A stretch of DNA of 64,000 bases from Candidatus Uhrbacteria bacterium (GCA_030649995.1 JAUSEV010000034.1:19482-83481), one strand, 5' to 3'. Counted from the stretch's first letter, positions 16,396 through 26,708 are shown. Numbers and translations are program-made. Notes: a model not told the origin generated them from the letters alone.

Positions 16396-19389
16396 TCAAA
16401 TCTTCTTAAACTCGCAAATGTTCTTAAAGTCACAAAAGCGACAAACAAAAGGATCCGGCGTGGGCGTAAAATCGGAACGTAAAATTTCGTCCATGCGATC
16501 CGTCACTTTTTCCATGAAATCCTCACGATCTTTCCCGATCAGCGGCTCCACATCCATCATCTGCCAGTCCAAAACGTACACATACGCCAAACGGCCGACC
16601 TTGACCCCTTTTTCCTCCAAAGCGATCTGATAGAGATGAAGCTGTTCCTTGTCCTCGGACGTGAGTTTCTCTTTTGCCCGTCCGGTTTTGTAATCAAACA
16701 CGGCCACGCGATCATCGGGCATACAGTCGATGCGATCGATTTTTCCCTTGAGCGAATGCATACCCAACACCAACGTAAAATCTTTTTCGATCTCGAGCAT
16801 ATCCGGCGCGGATTCCGTACAAGCTTGCAGAAAATGTTTGATCGCTTTTTTTCCGTTCGCGCGATACTCATCATGCTGCGCGCGAGAGTCATACCACTCG
16901 TCTATCCACGCCTCTTCAAAAATTTCCATAGCCTCTTCTTCGGTAACGCGAAATCCGGAGGTAGGCTGTGAGCTGTGAGCTGTGAGCTGTGAGCTGAATA
17001 AGTCTCCCTGCACGGATTTCATGCGCATCAGATGCAGATTCGATATCCGCTGCAAGGCGAGGTGAACGGATTGACCGAAACTTTTTTGATAGGAACCGAA
17101 TTTTGGAATGCGATAAATATGTTCAAATTTATATTGCAAAGGGCATTTCCGAAAGGCCGCCAGCTGGGTAAAACTGAACCGCCGCTTGAGCGGATAGAGG
17201 GGCGGCGATACCTCATCCGGAGCGAGATGCGTTTCCGGAGGACGCAAAGCGCGCGCTTCATCATCGGATGAAGCGGGCAGATCCTGTACAACAAAACCCG
17301 CTTCCGCAAAAAAAGGCGACGGTTTTTTCTGACGCGCGCCGCCATAAGAACTGGCGCCGGTGAGGGTGAGCGTATTTTTTGCGCGAGTCAAAGCCACATA
17401 AAATAATCGACGTTCCTCTTCCAAATGCACATCCCCTTCCGGCAACCGTTCCTGCACCAATCCATCAGGCAACGGAATGGTCTCGCTTCTGGCGCGTGTG
17501 GGAAAACGCTGCTCAACAAGTGAAGCGACAAATACGTGTGAAAATTCCAAACCCTTGGCCGCGTGCACCGTGAAAATTTTTACCATGTCCGGTCCGGCGT
17601 CTGGGTCCGATTCCAGCGCCCCCTCTTCCCCGCTCTCCATCTCCAGACGCAACTCTTCCAAAAATCCCCGTAAATTTGGACCGTGCGCGGATGTTTCATA
17701 CCGTTGCACGCGATCGGCGAAGGCATGAAGGAACTGAAGCGCCTCCCGACGTTCCCGCTCCGGCAGTCGAAGCACCGTCGCCAAGTATCCTGTTTTTTCC
17801 AGCATCCATTGAAAAACTTTGAACGGCGGTTCGCGGCGCGCCGTTTCGGACAAAAGTTCAACCGTACTCAACATTTTTTCGGCCAGTCGCGCGCCGTCGC
17901 CGCTCACGGTCAATTCCGGATTCCGACGCGCCGCCTCCTTTACGGCAAGCCACAACGGCAACCCTTTGCGATTGGCGAAATGAGAAAATTCCGCCACATC
18001 CTTTTGCGGAAACGGATAGCACGCCATATGCAATGCTCGCCAAACAGACGAGGATTCGTGGTACCCATCAAGCAAAGACAAAAACGCGATGACGTCCAAC
18101 ACGACCGGCTTTGAGTAGAGTCCGCGCAACGCCAAAAACTGAAAAGGAATTCCATGACGGGCCAAAGCGCGCACAAACGGCTCGGCCCCGTCATTGGAAC
18201 GCACGAGAATGGCAAAATCATTCCAACTCGTCTTCGTTTCCTGTTTTTTCCATTCCTTGATGCGTTCGATAACGGCGTCCGCCTCATCTTCCACGCTCTG
18301 TTTCCATAACACTTCCACGCTTCCTCCTTCCCCGCGCACCGCCTCAAGCGCCTTGGAAAGACCGGCATCTTTAAGCTGAACTTCCAAACGATGTGGATCG
18401 TTTTTTTGGATAAATTGATAGGCGTGCGACAGAATTTCCTTGTGTGAACGATAATTTTTTGTGAGAGCGATCGCTTTTGCCTCCGGAAAATCATCGCGAA
18501 ACTGTAAAATGTTGGCGAGCGAGGCCCCGCGAAATCTGTAAATGGCTTGATCGTCGTCGCCAACCACCGTCAAATTCCGCTTCTCGCCGGCCAGTAATTT
18601 TAACAATTCATACTGCGCCCCGTTGGTGTCTTGAAACTCGTCCACCATAATGAAATGAAATTGCGCCCGATATTTTTCTAGCACGGCCGGTCGCTCGCGA
18701 AACAACCGTAACGTCTCCAAAATCAAATCTCCAAAATCCAAACACCCTTCTTCGAGCAAGATGCGACGATACGCAAAATACAAATCCACGAGTTCCTGCA
18801 AACGTTTTTTCTCGCCGATGATAATTTCACTGTCACCATCCAGCGTCAAATTTTGTAAAAATGACAAATAGCGCTCCGGCGTGATGCCTTCATCTTTCGC
18901 TCGCAAAATGTGCTGAATCAACGCTCGCAAAAATTTAACGGGATTGCCGAGCGGACGATAATGGTCAAGCGGCAATTCATCGAGATGACGCTTGAGTAAG
19001 AGCCACGCGTCGGTTGGCGTGAGCAAACGAAATTGATTGGGAAGTCCTATCTCGAGTCCATGCGCCTCGAGTACACGCTGACAAAATCCGTGAAATGTCG
19101 AAATCCAAAAATCGTAGGTGCCGGTCGGCAACAGTTGCAAAATCCGATCCTCCATCTCCCCCGCCGCTTTATCGGTGAACGTAAGCGCGAGTAAATTTTC
19201 CGTTTTGATTCTCCCCCTTTCGAAGGGGGAGTTAGCGGGGGTTGGAGCCGTTGACAACAAATGCACATACCGTCGCGTCAACACCGTCGTTTTCCCCGTC
19301 CCTGCCCCAGCCACAATCAAAAGCGGCCCGTCACGATGAGTCACCGCCTGAAGCTGCGCTTCATTCAATGTATCCAACAAATTTTCCAT
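16396..19389 (-). CDS. UvrD/PcrA-type SF1 helicase fused to a C-terminal PD-(D/E)xK nuclease with a Cys cluster
   Basis: AGAGTGKTT, DEFQDTN, VGDDDQAIYRFRGA, TVHAAKGLEF and ALTRAK helicase motifs. Nuclease IDRID..VFDYKTG and CRFCDFKNIC at the C-terminus. Confidence 0.9.
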   Translation of the reverse strand: MENLLDTLNEAQLQAVTHRDGPLLIVAGAGTGKTTVLTRRYVHLLSTAPTPANSPFERGRIKTENLLALTFTDKAAGEMEDRILQLLPTGTYDFWISTFHGFCQRVLEAHGLEIGLPNQFRLLTPTDAWLLLKRHLDELPLDHYRPLGNPVKFLRALIQHILRAKDEGITPERYLSFLQNLTLDGDSEIIIGEKKRLQELVDLYFAYRRILLEEGCLDFGDLILETLRLFRERPAVLEKYRAQFHFIMVDEFQDTNGAQYELLKLLAGEKRNLTVVGDDDQAIYRFRGASLANILQFRDDFPEAKAIALTKNYRSHKEILSHAYQFIQKNDPHRLEVQLKDAGLSKALEAVRGEGGSVEVLWKQSVEDEADAVIERIKEWKKQETKTSWNDFAILVRSNDGAEPFVRALARHGIPFQFLALRGLYSKPVVLDVIAFLSLLDGYHESSSVWRALHMACYPFPQKDVAEFSHFANRKGLPLWLAVKEAARRNPELTVSGDGARLAEKMLSTVELLSETARREPPFKVFQWMLEKTGYLATVLRLPERERREALQFLHAFADRVQRYETSAHGPNLRGFLEELRLEMESGEEGALESDPDAGPDMVKIFTVHAAKGLEFSHVFVASLVEQRFPTRARSETIPLPDGLVQERLPEGDVHLEEERRLFYVALTRAKNTLTLTGASSYGGARQKKPSPFFAEAGFVVQDLPASSDDEARALRPPETHLAPDEVSPPLYPLKRRFSFTQLAAFRKCPLQYKFEHIYRIPKFGSYQKSFGQSVHLALQRISNLHLMRMKSVQGDLFSSQLTAHSSQPTSGFRVTEEEAMEIFEEAWIDEWYDSRAQHDEYRANGKKAIKHFLQACTESAPDMLEIEKDFTLVLGMHSLKGKIDRIDCMPDDRVAVFDYKTGRAKEKLTSEDKEQLHLYQIALEEKGVKVGRLAYVYVLDWQMMDVEPLIGKDREDFMEKVTDRMDEILRSDFTPTPDPFVCRFCDFKNICEFKKI
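16965..16996. repeat. Heptamer tandem repeat (GCTGTGA)x4 inside the helicase-nuclease CDS
   Basis: Four perfect units. Encodes SSQLTAHSSQ. Confidence 0.9.
19209..19250. repeat. ~40-nt GC palindromic element in frame in the helicase CDS
   Basis: CTCCCCCTTTCGAAGGGGGAGTTAGCGGGGGTTGGAGCC, ~85 percent identical by eye to 58421-58460. Confidence 0.75.
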
Positions 19390-19437
19390 GGCTTCGAGTG
19401 TGCCCCGAAAACTCGTGAGACGCAACTATTTTGATGG

Positions 19438-19578
19438 CCTACGAAAGTACGAATGGATCATACGAAATTACGAATATCTGATTTGATTCATACATTCGTA
19501 TATTCGTGCTGATTCGTACTTTCGTAGACCATTGATTGATATTCGTACTTTCGTAGGAAAGCGAAGCGAATAAAAAAA
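19438..19578. repeat. TACGAAA/TACGAAT heptamer block in direct and inverted copies, ending in junction motif J1
   Basis: CCTACGAAAGTACGAAT at 19438-19454. Reverse complements at 19513-19529 and 19541-19557, followed by AAAGCGAAGCGAATAAAAAAA. Confidence 0.8.
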
Positions 19579-19597
19579 CCTGCGCAGATTACGCAGG
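19571..19597 (-). terminator. Intrinsic terminator of the PNP cassette
   Basis: CCTGCGTAATCTGCGCAGG followed by T7 on the minus strand. Confidence 0.7.
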
Positions 19598-19619
19598 TCG
19601 AAGTGGAGTGAAGGAACGG

Positions 19620-20486
19620 CTAAGGCTTGGCGGTTTCGGTTTCGGTGCCGACACCTTTGATGATGCCGGACAGGAAGGCTCCGAGCTTGGCGCCGCTTTC
19701 TCGCGCCCGAGCCTGATGCACCTCGTGCGAGTGTTGTTCACTTGCCGTGTTGGTGACGAAGGTGACGGCGAGCGCACGACGCTTGGGATCGGAACAAGTG
19801 GCGGCGAACACCGCGAGTTCCGGCAAGATGCTCATGCCAATGACCGAAGCACCACACATGCCCAGAAGCTTCTTGTCATGCCGACGACTCTCGAAATCCG
19901 GTCCAGACACCATGGCATGCGCTCCGGCGTGGGAGCGCAATCCGACGGTCTCGGCAACCTTGCCTGCCGCATCGCGCCACTGCCGATCGAGCACATCCTC
20001 TGGTGAACAGAACTCACCTGTGTGGAGCGGCCGCGGCGGCGCGAACAAGGTCACGAGCCCGTTCACGATCACAACATCACCGACCATGATGCGTTCGTCA
20101 AGGCTTCCCACTGCGGCGGTGAGCACCAGATCACGCACCCCGAGAGCTATCAGCATCTCAATCTGCAGGCGCACCATGTGCGGCGCGCGCGGTGTCGAAA
20201 ACGCCTCGTTCATGTGCACGCGACCGCGCAACGCGATGACCGGTTTGCCAGCATGAAGACCATAGACAAGTCTCCGAGCATGACTCGGCAGATCGGCCAA
20301 ACCATGGAAGCCGTTGATATCGGACAACGGAAGTGACCGTTCGTCATCAAGAGTCAACGCATCTCCCCAACCGGTCCCAAGTACCAGACCGAGGCTGGTC
20401 GAACCCTTAATGCCGTACCGATCCCTGAAGAATTCCGCGCAACATCGTGCTTGATGGGCGGCATGCTCCGCAAAGTACTTCTCCAT
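19620..20486 (-). CDS. Purine nucleoside / MTA phosphorylase family protein (PNP family 2)
   Basis: GLVLGTGWG, LRGRVHMNEA, SVIGMSILPELAVFA and VTFVTN motifs. GGAGG RBS before the ATG at 20486. G+C-rich. Confidence 0.8.
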   Translation of the reverse strand: MEKYFAEHAAHQARCCAEFFRDRYGIKGSTSLGLVLGTGWGDALTLDDERSLPLSDINGFHGLADLPSHARRLVYGLHAGKPVIALRGRVHMNEAFSTPRAPHMVRLQIEMLIALGVRDLVLTAAVGSLDERIMVGDVVIVNGLVTLFAPPRPLHTGEFCSPEDVLDRQWRDAAGKVAETVGLRSHAGAHAMVSGPDFESRRHDKKLLGMCGASVIGMSILPELAVFAATCSDPKRRALAVTFVTNTASEQHSHEVHQARARESGAKLGAFLSGIIKGVGTETETAKP

Positions 20487-20559
20487 GGTCATCCTCCGTG
20501 TCAAACGGGTAGGCGGGTTTGAAACCCGCCTACTACCCTAAAAGAAACCGGTACTCGGG

Positions 20560-21240
20560 TCAAGGGTGTCTCTCCTTTCCCCATTTAACGATCAAGGCAT
20601 GGGATTCTTGATAGGTTTTCACAGAATGTGGCAAGGCAGATTCAAAAATATTTTTTATTTCTTCGTAGGGGCGGGTTTCGAACCCGCCCCTCCCACCGAT
20701 GAACGTCAGCCACCGTCGCGTGTACGCGTCAACAACAAACGTCGGCTGATTCAGTCCATATAATAAAATCGTGTCTGCGGTTTCCGGACCGATGCCCCAG
20801 AGAGACAACAGCCTAAAACGTGAAGCATGAAGCGTGAAGCATCGATCAACGAGCTGACTAAGATCACCATCCAATTCGTTCATGACGAACTTCGAAAGAA
20901 TTTTTAATTTTTTTGTTTTTTGTCGAAAATAGCCGGATGATCGAATGCAAGACGCGAGGATGGACGGTCGAGACGCGATGATTGCTTGAGGCGTTAATAA
21001 TTTTTTCTTCGCAAGACAGATGAGAGCCTTTTCGACGTTTGACCAACTCGTGTTCTGCGTAAGAATCGCCCCGATCGCCACTTCAAACGCCTGCGCCGAT
21101 TTATTTTTCAAAAATCTCTCCGATGGTTTGGCCCCATGCTTAATGTTCCATGTTCCATGCTCCATGACAAGCCCAGGCCACCACCCTTGCGGACCATAAC
21201 GCTTTTCCAGATGCTGAAGCGCTTGTTGGATAGAATCCAT
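20560..21240 (-). CDS. Endonuclease III-related HhH-GPD base-excision glycosylase
   Basis: ILTQNTSWSNVEKAL and the HhH motif LWGIGPETADTILLYGL. Confidence 0.75.
   Translation of the reverse strand: MDSIQQALQHLEKRYGPQGWWPGLVMEHGTWNIKHGAKPSERFLKNKSAQAFEVAIGAILTQNTSWSNVEKALICLAKKKLLTPQAIIASRPSILASCIRSSGYFRQKTKKLKILSKFVMNELDGDLSQLVDRCFTLHASRFRLLSLWGIGPETADTILLYGLNQPTFVVDAYTRRWLTFIGGRGGFETRPYEEIKNIFESALPHSVKTYQESHALIVKWGKERHP
20668..20690. repeat. Palindrome GGGGCGGGTTTCGAACCCGCCCC in frame in the nth-like CDS
   Basis: Encodes GRGGFETRPY. A related copy AGGCGGGTTTGAAACCCGCCT lies at 20511-20531 (intergenic). Confidence 0.8.
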
Positions 21241-21271
21241 ACAATTTGGCTATGTCTTGTTGATCCGTGAA

Positions 21272-22861
21272 CTATCTTACCTTCCCTTTTCCCCGCGCTC
21301 TCTCATCTCCCATCAAATTTGTATCAAGGGCATTGGTCACGGTTTGTAAAAACGTTTGTGTACGATTTTCCGTGGCTGTTGCCGTTGCCGCGCCCACTAA
21401 TGTTGGCACCGTGTTCCTCATGCCGCGTGTGGGAGTAAAAGCCATTTCAAAATTGGCGGTGAATCCCTCATTCATGGCCGGAACAAAAGGGAGTTGCCAA
21501 ATCACTTCTCCGTTTTGATAGGTCAGCCGGCCTCCTTGCGGCAAAGCCTCTCGACCGGTCAAAGTAACGCCGGGTGACAGTGTCGCGTGCATGATAAAAT
21601 TCGAAAGATCGGCCGTGGTCGCTCCGAGCTTCCAACTCACCCAGTATTTTGTGGTTTCTCCCACGCGCGGCGGCAACGGACCGATCCCGATCTGATCCCC
21701 GCTCGCCGCGTAATAACGCATGCCGGAAGTCAAATGGAATGGCGTCGTGATCGGCGCCTCATGAACAGGACCCAAGATCAGACCTTGTCTGTTTTCCATA
21801 AAAGGCATAACAAACCAGCTTGCCGCCGTCTGCACGGACTCTTCCGTGAGCGGAAGAATGATTTTTTGTCTTCCCGGGGATGCCTCAAATAGGCGCGTTC
21901 CGTTCTTGGCTTCGGACAAAGAGGGGTGAAAAACCAAAATGCGAGCGGATGTTGCGGCTTGAACGTTAAACGAAGTTTCCCCGCCCGGCGTCGAAGCGTT
22001 GAGTGAACCGATCTCAACGGGAAAAGGAACGGAAGAATATTGGAGCGGCAACGTTTGTTGCACGAGCGGCACCGCGTGACTCAACGCTTGAAGGCGAATG
22101 ACCGGCGCGCGATGCGGATCCACAAGAAAAACCCGCGACTCAAAGGGTGCCAAACGACCGATCGTCATCTCCGATCTTCCGTTCACGGTCGCGCCACCCT
22201 CCAACAGAATCTGAACGGTCTCAAGCACTTGCGGCGTATCATTTTTCAGAAGAAATGGGAGGACCGCTCCTTCTTTCAGCATGAATGGTCGAAGCAACGG
22301 CTCCAAACGCAACCCTGAACCCGCGACCGGCCGCGTTTCCGAACCAAAAAACCGCTCTCCCCCGTTTTGAACGCGAAATCCCAAACGGACCGAACCCTGT
22401 GGGACAAACAAACGAACCACCACACGCGCGGTTTGCGTTTCCCCCGGTGACAACGTTCCTAAAAAAACCTCCCGATCCGCGGAAAGCGGCGGGCTCGCGG
22501 AAAGAATTTCCGTTCCCAACGGGAGCTCCCATGAGAGCTTCAAGTTTTGAAGAGTCTTCTCATCACGAGAAATCACTTTTGCTTCAAGAGCCGTTGGAGC
22601 CGCCGATAAAATCGGTTGAGCGGATAAAATCAATCTCACTCCGGCTCGTGGCGCGGGAATGAGTCTGAAATAGAGGTTGACACCGACGAGAAGAGCGATC
22701 ACTCCAACCAAAACGACATCAAATAAAAAGATCCACGGAGCATGAAGAAAGCGCCCTCGATACCGTTCGTTATAGCGACGACGAAGATGAGAGGTGAGAA
22801 CTCGCGCCGGAGTCATGGCAACGGTTGCGCCATGCATGGCAAGGTTGAATTTTTGTTTCAT
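21272..22861 (-). CDS. Hypothetical membrane-anchored extracytoplasmic protein
   Basis: N-terminal TM helix followed by a beta-rich repetitive region. No motif recognised. Confidence 0.55.
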   Translation of the reverse strand: MKQKFNLAMHGATVAMTPARVLTSHLRRRYNERYRGRFLHAPWIFLFDVVLVGVIALLVGVNLYFRLIPAPRAGVRLILSAQPILSAAPTALEAKVISRDEKTLQNLKLSWELPLGTEILSASPPLSADREVFLGTLSPGETQTARVVVRLFVPQGSVRLGFRVQNGGERFFGSETRPVAGSGLRLEPLLRPFMLKEGAVLPFLLKNDTPQVLETVQILLEGGATVNGRSEMTIGRLAPFESRVFLVDPHRAPVIRLQALSHAVPLVQQTLPLQYSSVPFPVEIGSLNASTPGGETSFNVQAATSARILVFHPSLSEAKNGTRLFEASPGRQKIILPLTEESVQTAASWFVMPFMENRQGLILGPVHEAPITTPFHLTSGMRYYAASGDQIGIGPLPPRVGETTKYWVSWKLGATTADLSNFIMHATLSPGVTLTGREALPQGGRLTYQNGEVIWQLPFVPAMNEGFTANFEMAFTPTRGMRNTVPTLVGAATATATENRTQTFLQTVTNALDTNLMGDERARGKGKVR

Positions 22862-22873
22862 AAGCTTACAGCT

Positions 22874-24889
22874 TTAGAAAGGATTGCCGGGAATCAAAAT
22901 CTCCGCTTTTCCATCGCCATCAATATCAGACACGATCGGCTTGACGCCGATGGGGGTCGGAGCGTTGCCTAACGTAAACTCTGACTTCAAGATTCCCCTC
23001 CCATCATACACCCGTACGCGAGGGACGGAACCTCGTCCCGAACCCGCTACCATTTCTTGACGACCGTCGCCATCGAGGTCGCCCATGGCAATAGTAACTC
23101 CCCCGCGCTCATGGGAATCAAAGGCAAAAAAACCGCCGCCCCACAAAGCGCCGTCCGTTCTAAAAAAACGCACATGCGGCCCACCGCCCCGACCGGCGCC
23201 GGTTGCCACTTCACGTAATCCATCACCATCGACATCTCCCAAAGCCACAATCGAACCGCCGGTAAATTCCGGTCGATACGCGAGCCACGAACGTAAAACC
23301 TGCCCACGCAAATTCGTTATCAAAATTTTTGACGGCCAACCGTCGCTCGGACTCAATACCAATTCCCACGAAGCGTCGCGATTGGTTTGACCGGCGGCCA
23401 TTTCGATCAATCCGCGATACGAAGCGCCATACGGACGAAAACTCACGGATCCGCCTTTGCCAAATCGAATGTTCACCCGTCCATCCTGTGACCATAAAAT
23501 ATCATCCGTTCCGTCACGATCCACATCGCTCACCAAAACATTGACCCCACCGGGCACATCGTCGCGGCTCGCAAAAAATCCGTTACGCAATCGCTTACCT
23601 TCTCCGTCATAGACTTGCACGAATGTTCCGTTCAGATATTGCGCGTCACGAATCGTTGTTGCTTCCGCTCGACGAAGAAGTACGGCTCCGTCTTGAGGCG
23701 GAAGAGTGATCCGATTGATAATCGACCCATCATTGACCGATGGGTCTTGCGTGCCGGTCAACTTTTCAAACTCACCGGACAATGCGATCGTTTCCGCTTT
23801 GGCCGTACTGTTCACAAAAACAGCGCCGCGCTCGTAGGCGCGTGACCACACCGCCGGATACGCCCCCTGCGTTGGTCCTCGAACCACGCGCGGGAGAGCG
23901 CGCGGCCTGCCTATTTGCGCGTCATACTCGTCATACCACCAGGTACGCTGGTGTCCGCTGTCTCCGGCATCAAAAGAAAAATACGCGTCAGCGACAAGCG
24001 CGCTCGAAAGTCCATACCGCATTAAACGATAATTCCCCGGTTGCTCTTGATTGTTTGTGTTGGTATTGATAGCAGAAATTTTCGGTGAGATGTTGCGTTC
24101 AAGAGAAGAGCGCAGCTCATAAAACGGCCAGGCCCAACCAAAACGCGGAAAATTTTCATACAACGTCCCGTTCACCAACCCGGAATACGCGGCGCTCGAA
24201 TTATTCATAATGAGTTTGTCCTGTCCAATGGCTGTGCGCACGTTTTTGATGAGCTTAGTCATACCGACGCGCCACGCCTCATCCGTTTGCTTTGACGCAT
24301 TTGCCAACCCATTCTGATCCGGATCAAGATCAGGCCCAAACGTTGTTGTCAGATCGCCATACGCGGCATCTAAAAATACTCCATCCCATAAACCGGAAGA
24401 CATGAGTTCGTTTTGAATGAATGGCCCCAAAAAAGTATTCCAACGCTGTCCGTCCGCCGATGAGCCTAAATCAGTGGCATTCATGAGGGACGTGCCGGGC
24501 CACCAAAAAGCGTGGCGACCGTCCGCCCGATGCATAAACCAACTTTCCGGAAGGATGCTGGCCAATTTATACCCGGGCGAGGCGGGGTCTCCACGAAAAC
24601 GCGCGTCGGAAATTTCGCTCGCGCTCACATACGCTAAAATTTTTGTTTTCGGATTGAGCTGCCTTAACCGACGAACCTTTTCCGGAAACTGAAACTGCTG
24701 ATCCATATCCAAAACAACCATATCCCATTTGGCGAGATTCTCGACATCCTCATCGGTGATGAGATAACCTAAAAAAAGATTCAGCAGCTTAGGCGCATGC
24801 TGCGTCCCACCGGTCGCGCGTGCGACAGAAGGAAAAAAACTCGTGAGAAGCACGAGGCATAAAAAACTACTGAACCATAGCGAGCGCAT
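22874..24889 (-). CDS. Secreted protein: putative glycoside-hydrolase-like TIM domain plus C-terminal FG-GAP/VCBS repeats
   Basis: Signal peptide. Four DxDxDG-type repeats (DVDRDGTDD, GDVDGDGLRE, GDLDGDGRQE, SDIDGDGKAE). Confidence 0.55.
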   Translation of the reverse strand: MRSLWFSSFLCLVLLTSFFPSVARATGGTQHAPKLLNLFLGYLITDEDVENLAKWDMVVLDMDQQFQFPEKVRRLRQLNPKTKILAYVSASEISDARFRGDPASPGYKLASILPESWFMHRADGRHAFWWPGTSLMNATDLGSSADGQRWNTFLGPFIQNELMSSGLWDGVFLDAAYGDLTTTFGPDLDPDQNGLANASKQTDEAWRVGMTKLIKNVRTAIGQDKLIMNNSSAAYSGLVNGTLYENFPRFGWAWPFYELRSSLERNISPKISAINTNTNNQEQPGNYRLMRYGLSSALVADAYFSFDAGDSGHQRTWWYDEYDAQIGRPRALPRVVRGPTQGAYPAVWSRAYERGAVFVNSTAKAETIALSGEFEKLTGTQDPSVNDGSIINRITLPPQDGAVLLRRAEATTIRDAQYLNGTFVQVYDGEGKRLRNGFFASRDDVPGGVNVLVSDVDRDGTDDILWSQDGRVNIRFGKGGSVSFRPYGASYRGLIEMAAGQTNRDASWELVLSPSDGWPSKILITNLRGQVLRSWLAYRPEFTGGSIVALGDVDGDGLREVATGAGRGGGPHVRFFRTDGALWGGGFFAFDSHERGGVTIAMGDLDGDGRQEMVAGSGRGSVPRVRVYDGRGILKSEFTLGNAPTPIGVKPIVSDIDGDGKAEILIPGNPF

Positions 24890-25016
24890 AAGCAAACGAA
24901 GGTAACAAAAAATGCACGAGTCGTCAATGGGTCATGGTATCAACAAAAACCCTATTGACAAAATTTCCATCTGATTGAACAGTACCCTTTACCATCCCAA
25001 CATGGAGGTAGGCAAA

Positions 25017-25439
25017 ATGCCTTTTTCCCCAAATTGGATCCTGCTCATGGTTGTTGGTGTCATCACGGGACTGGCGATCGAGGAACATCGGATGCGACGA
25101 ATTGAGGGTCGAAAACTCGTCCGCTTCGTGTGTACGGCCATCCTCAAGCTCATCCAAGAACGCGGACCCCTCACGCATGACGAACTGCGACAGGCTTTCC
25201 CGGAGCTCTGGTGTGACATCTGTAAAAAAAACTTGGAGCAGTGCCTTGCTCTGCTCGACCGGCGGGAGATGCTCCGCGTCTTTAAGAACGAAGATGCGGA
25301 TGTCTGGCCGCTTGACCTCACTCCACAAGCGCAAAAACAACTCACGAGGAAGGAAGAAAGCGAAGATTTCGTTCCGGCACACGCGGTGGACACGGCCAAG
25401 ATCCACCACGGCACACTCCACTACTGCGTCTTCGAGTGA
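25017..25439 (+). CDS. Small TM-anchored winged-helix-like protein
   Basis: GGAGG RBS 8 nt before the ATG at 25017. N-terminal TM helix, then LTHDELRQAF..CLALLDRREMLRV. Confidence 0.5.
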   Translation: MPFSPNWILLMVVGVITGLAIEEHRMRRIEGRKLVRFVCTAILKLIQERGPLTHDELRQAFPELWCDICKKNLEQCLALLDRREMLRVFKNEDADVWPLDLTPQAQKQLTRKEESEDFVPAHAVDTAKIHHGTLHYCVFE

Positions 25440-25462
25440 CCTGCTCGAAAACGACCCTCTCT

Positions 25463-25488
25463 CCGACCACAACCGGTCGGATTTTTTT
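25463..25488 (+). terminator. Intrinsic terminator
   Basis: CCGACC-ACAACC-GGTCGG followed by ATTTTTTT. Confidence 0.65.
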
Positions 25489-25489
25489 A

Positions 25490-25516
25490 CGCTTCGCGTT
25501 CCTACGAAATTACGAA
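25490..25516. repeat. Junction motif J4 (CGCTTCGCGTTCCTACGAAATTACGAA)
   Basis: Same motif, in the same position relative to a terminator, as at 19541-19578, 46148-46164 and 60538-60573. Confidence 0.75.
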
Positions 25517-25560
25517 ACACAAAATTTCACACCTCATCTAAATATCAAATAAACGCCAAA

Positions 25561-25612
25561 AAACTCCCATCATCTATGATAAGCGATAGCTAATTTTAGA
25601 TGATGGGAGTTT
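25561..25612. terminator. Long inverted repeat (AAACTCCCATCATCTA..TAGATGATGGGAGTTT), bidirectional-terminator-like
   Basis: 16-bp arms, an A-run before and a T-run after. The arms contain the CATCATCT/AGATGATG core of palindromes A-C. Confidence 0.5.
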
Positions 25613-25785
25613 TGTGCAATGACGATTGAGAATCGTGCCGCAAAAGCACCGATACACAAACCAACACACGCGCGCCGTTTTCCCTACGCATTGCCCCGTG
25701 CCTATTTGACACATAGAACAAAATAGAGTATTTGTTCATCAGCATTCGCACCTCAACAACTGAACCGTGAAAGGACAGGTGGATC

Positions 25786-26676
25786 ATGGAAATCCGAAAT
25801 CAACGACTCGTGGGCGTCTGCTTCACGATCGGCTGTCTGACCATGCTTGGCCTCAATGTGTTGGTTCCCTCGCTCGGTTTGGCCGGACTCTTGCTCGGCG
25901 CGCTCGGCGGAGCCATCATCGGCTACGTGGCCTACGACCTGCGCGAGACCTGGCGCGGCATGGTCCACGCGGCCAAGATCGTGTTCCCGATGATCGTGCG
26001 CGAGATCGGTAACGACCTGTGCCAATTCTTCGCCAAGCCGCGACCGTTCTTTTATCTGCACAGCTTGGTCAGCGCCATCTCCTTGTATGTGCTCCTAACC
26101 CACATACCTGAATTGTTCGTCTCTCCGATTGTGGCATTCCCTACCTGTTTCGTCTCCATGTTCTTAGTCTCCTTCTTTGTGCTCCAGATATTCCTGTCAC
26201 TCATGAGCCTACGCCCAACCCTCTGCAACACATGGCAGTGCCGGACTGGCAAGACAACCGATCCGTTCATAAGCAACGATGTATTCATGGCCATGAGCTG
26301 GAAAGAGTTCGGCTGGTTCTACGCGCTGGTCTTCTACAGCATCGTCCGCCGCTTCACGTGGGACATCGCTGTCTCCGCCATCAAGATCATCGCGGTCGTG
26401 GCATGGGGCGTGGCACAGATTCCTCGCTTCATCGGCATCTTCTTGCGCCATGTTCACTCGGATGCGCGGCTCGCCACGGCCGTGGACGGACCGCTCGGCG
26501 CCGTCATGGCCTACGTCGCTCTTCGACTCAACCTCGGTCCGAACTTCTTCCAGACCTCGCCGCTGCGCCAGCTCGCCTTCATCCTCGTCGGCGGACTCGT
26601 CTCGCTCGGCCTCGGACTCGTGAGCGCGCACATGCTCAAGAGCCGTGTGGCTGATCCAAAAGCCACCTCGATCTGA
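25786..26676 (+). CDS. Hypothetical polytopic membrane protein
   Basis: AGGTGG RBS, TTGACA-17-TATTTG promoter upstream, several TM helices. G+C-rich. Confidence 0.6.
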   Translation: MEIRNQRLVGVCFTIGCLTMLGLNVLVPSLGLAGLLLGALGGAIIGYVAYDLRETWRGMVHAAKIVFPMIVREIGNDLCQFFAKPRPFFYLHSLVSAISLYVLLTHIPELFVSPIVAFPTCFVSMFLVSFFVLQIFLSLMSLRPTLCNTWQCRTGKTTDPFISNDVFMAMSWKEFGWFYALVFYSIVRRFTWDIAVSAIKIIAVVAWGVAQIPRFIGIFLRHVHSDARLATAVDGPLGAVMAYVALRLNLGPNFFQTSPLRQLAFILVGGLVSLGLGLVSAHMLKSRVADPKATSI

Positions 26677-26708
26677 TGCACGGTTCGTCAACACGCACGT
26701 TCCTCATC

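Noticed and set aside
19438-19578. The junction motifs as integron attC sites
   Set aside because: There is no intI, no attI/Pc and no cassette array. The motif lacks the GTTRRRY cores and the R''-L''/L'-R' symmetry. The cassettes carry their own promoters and terminators. The analogy is retained only as a hypothesis to test.
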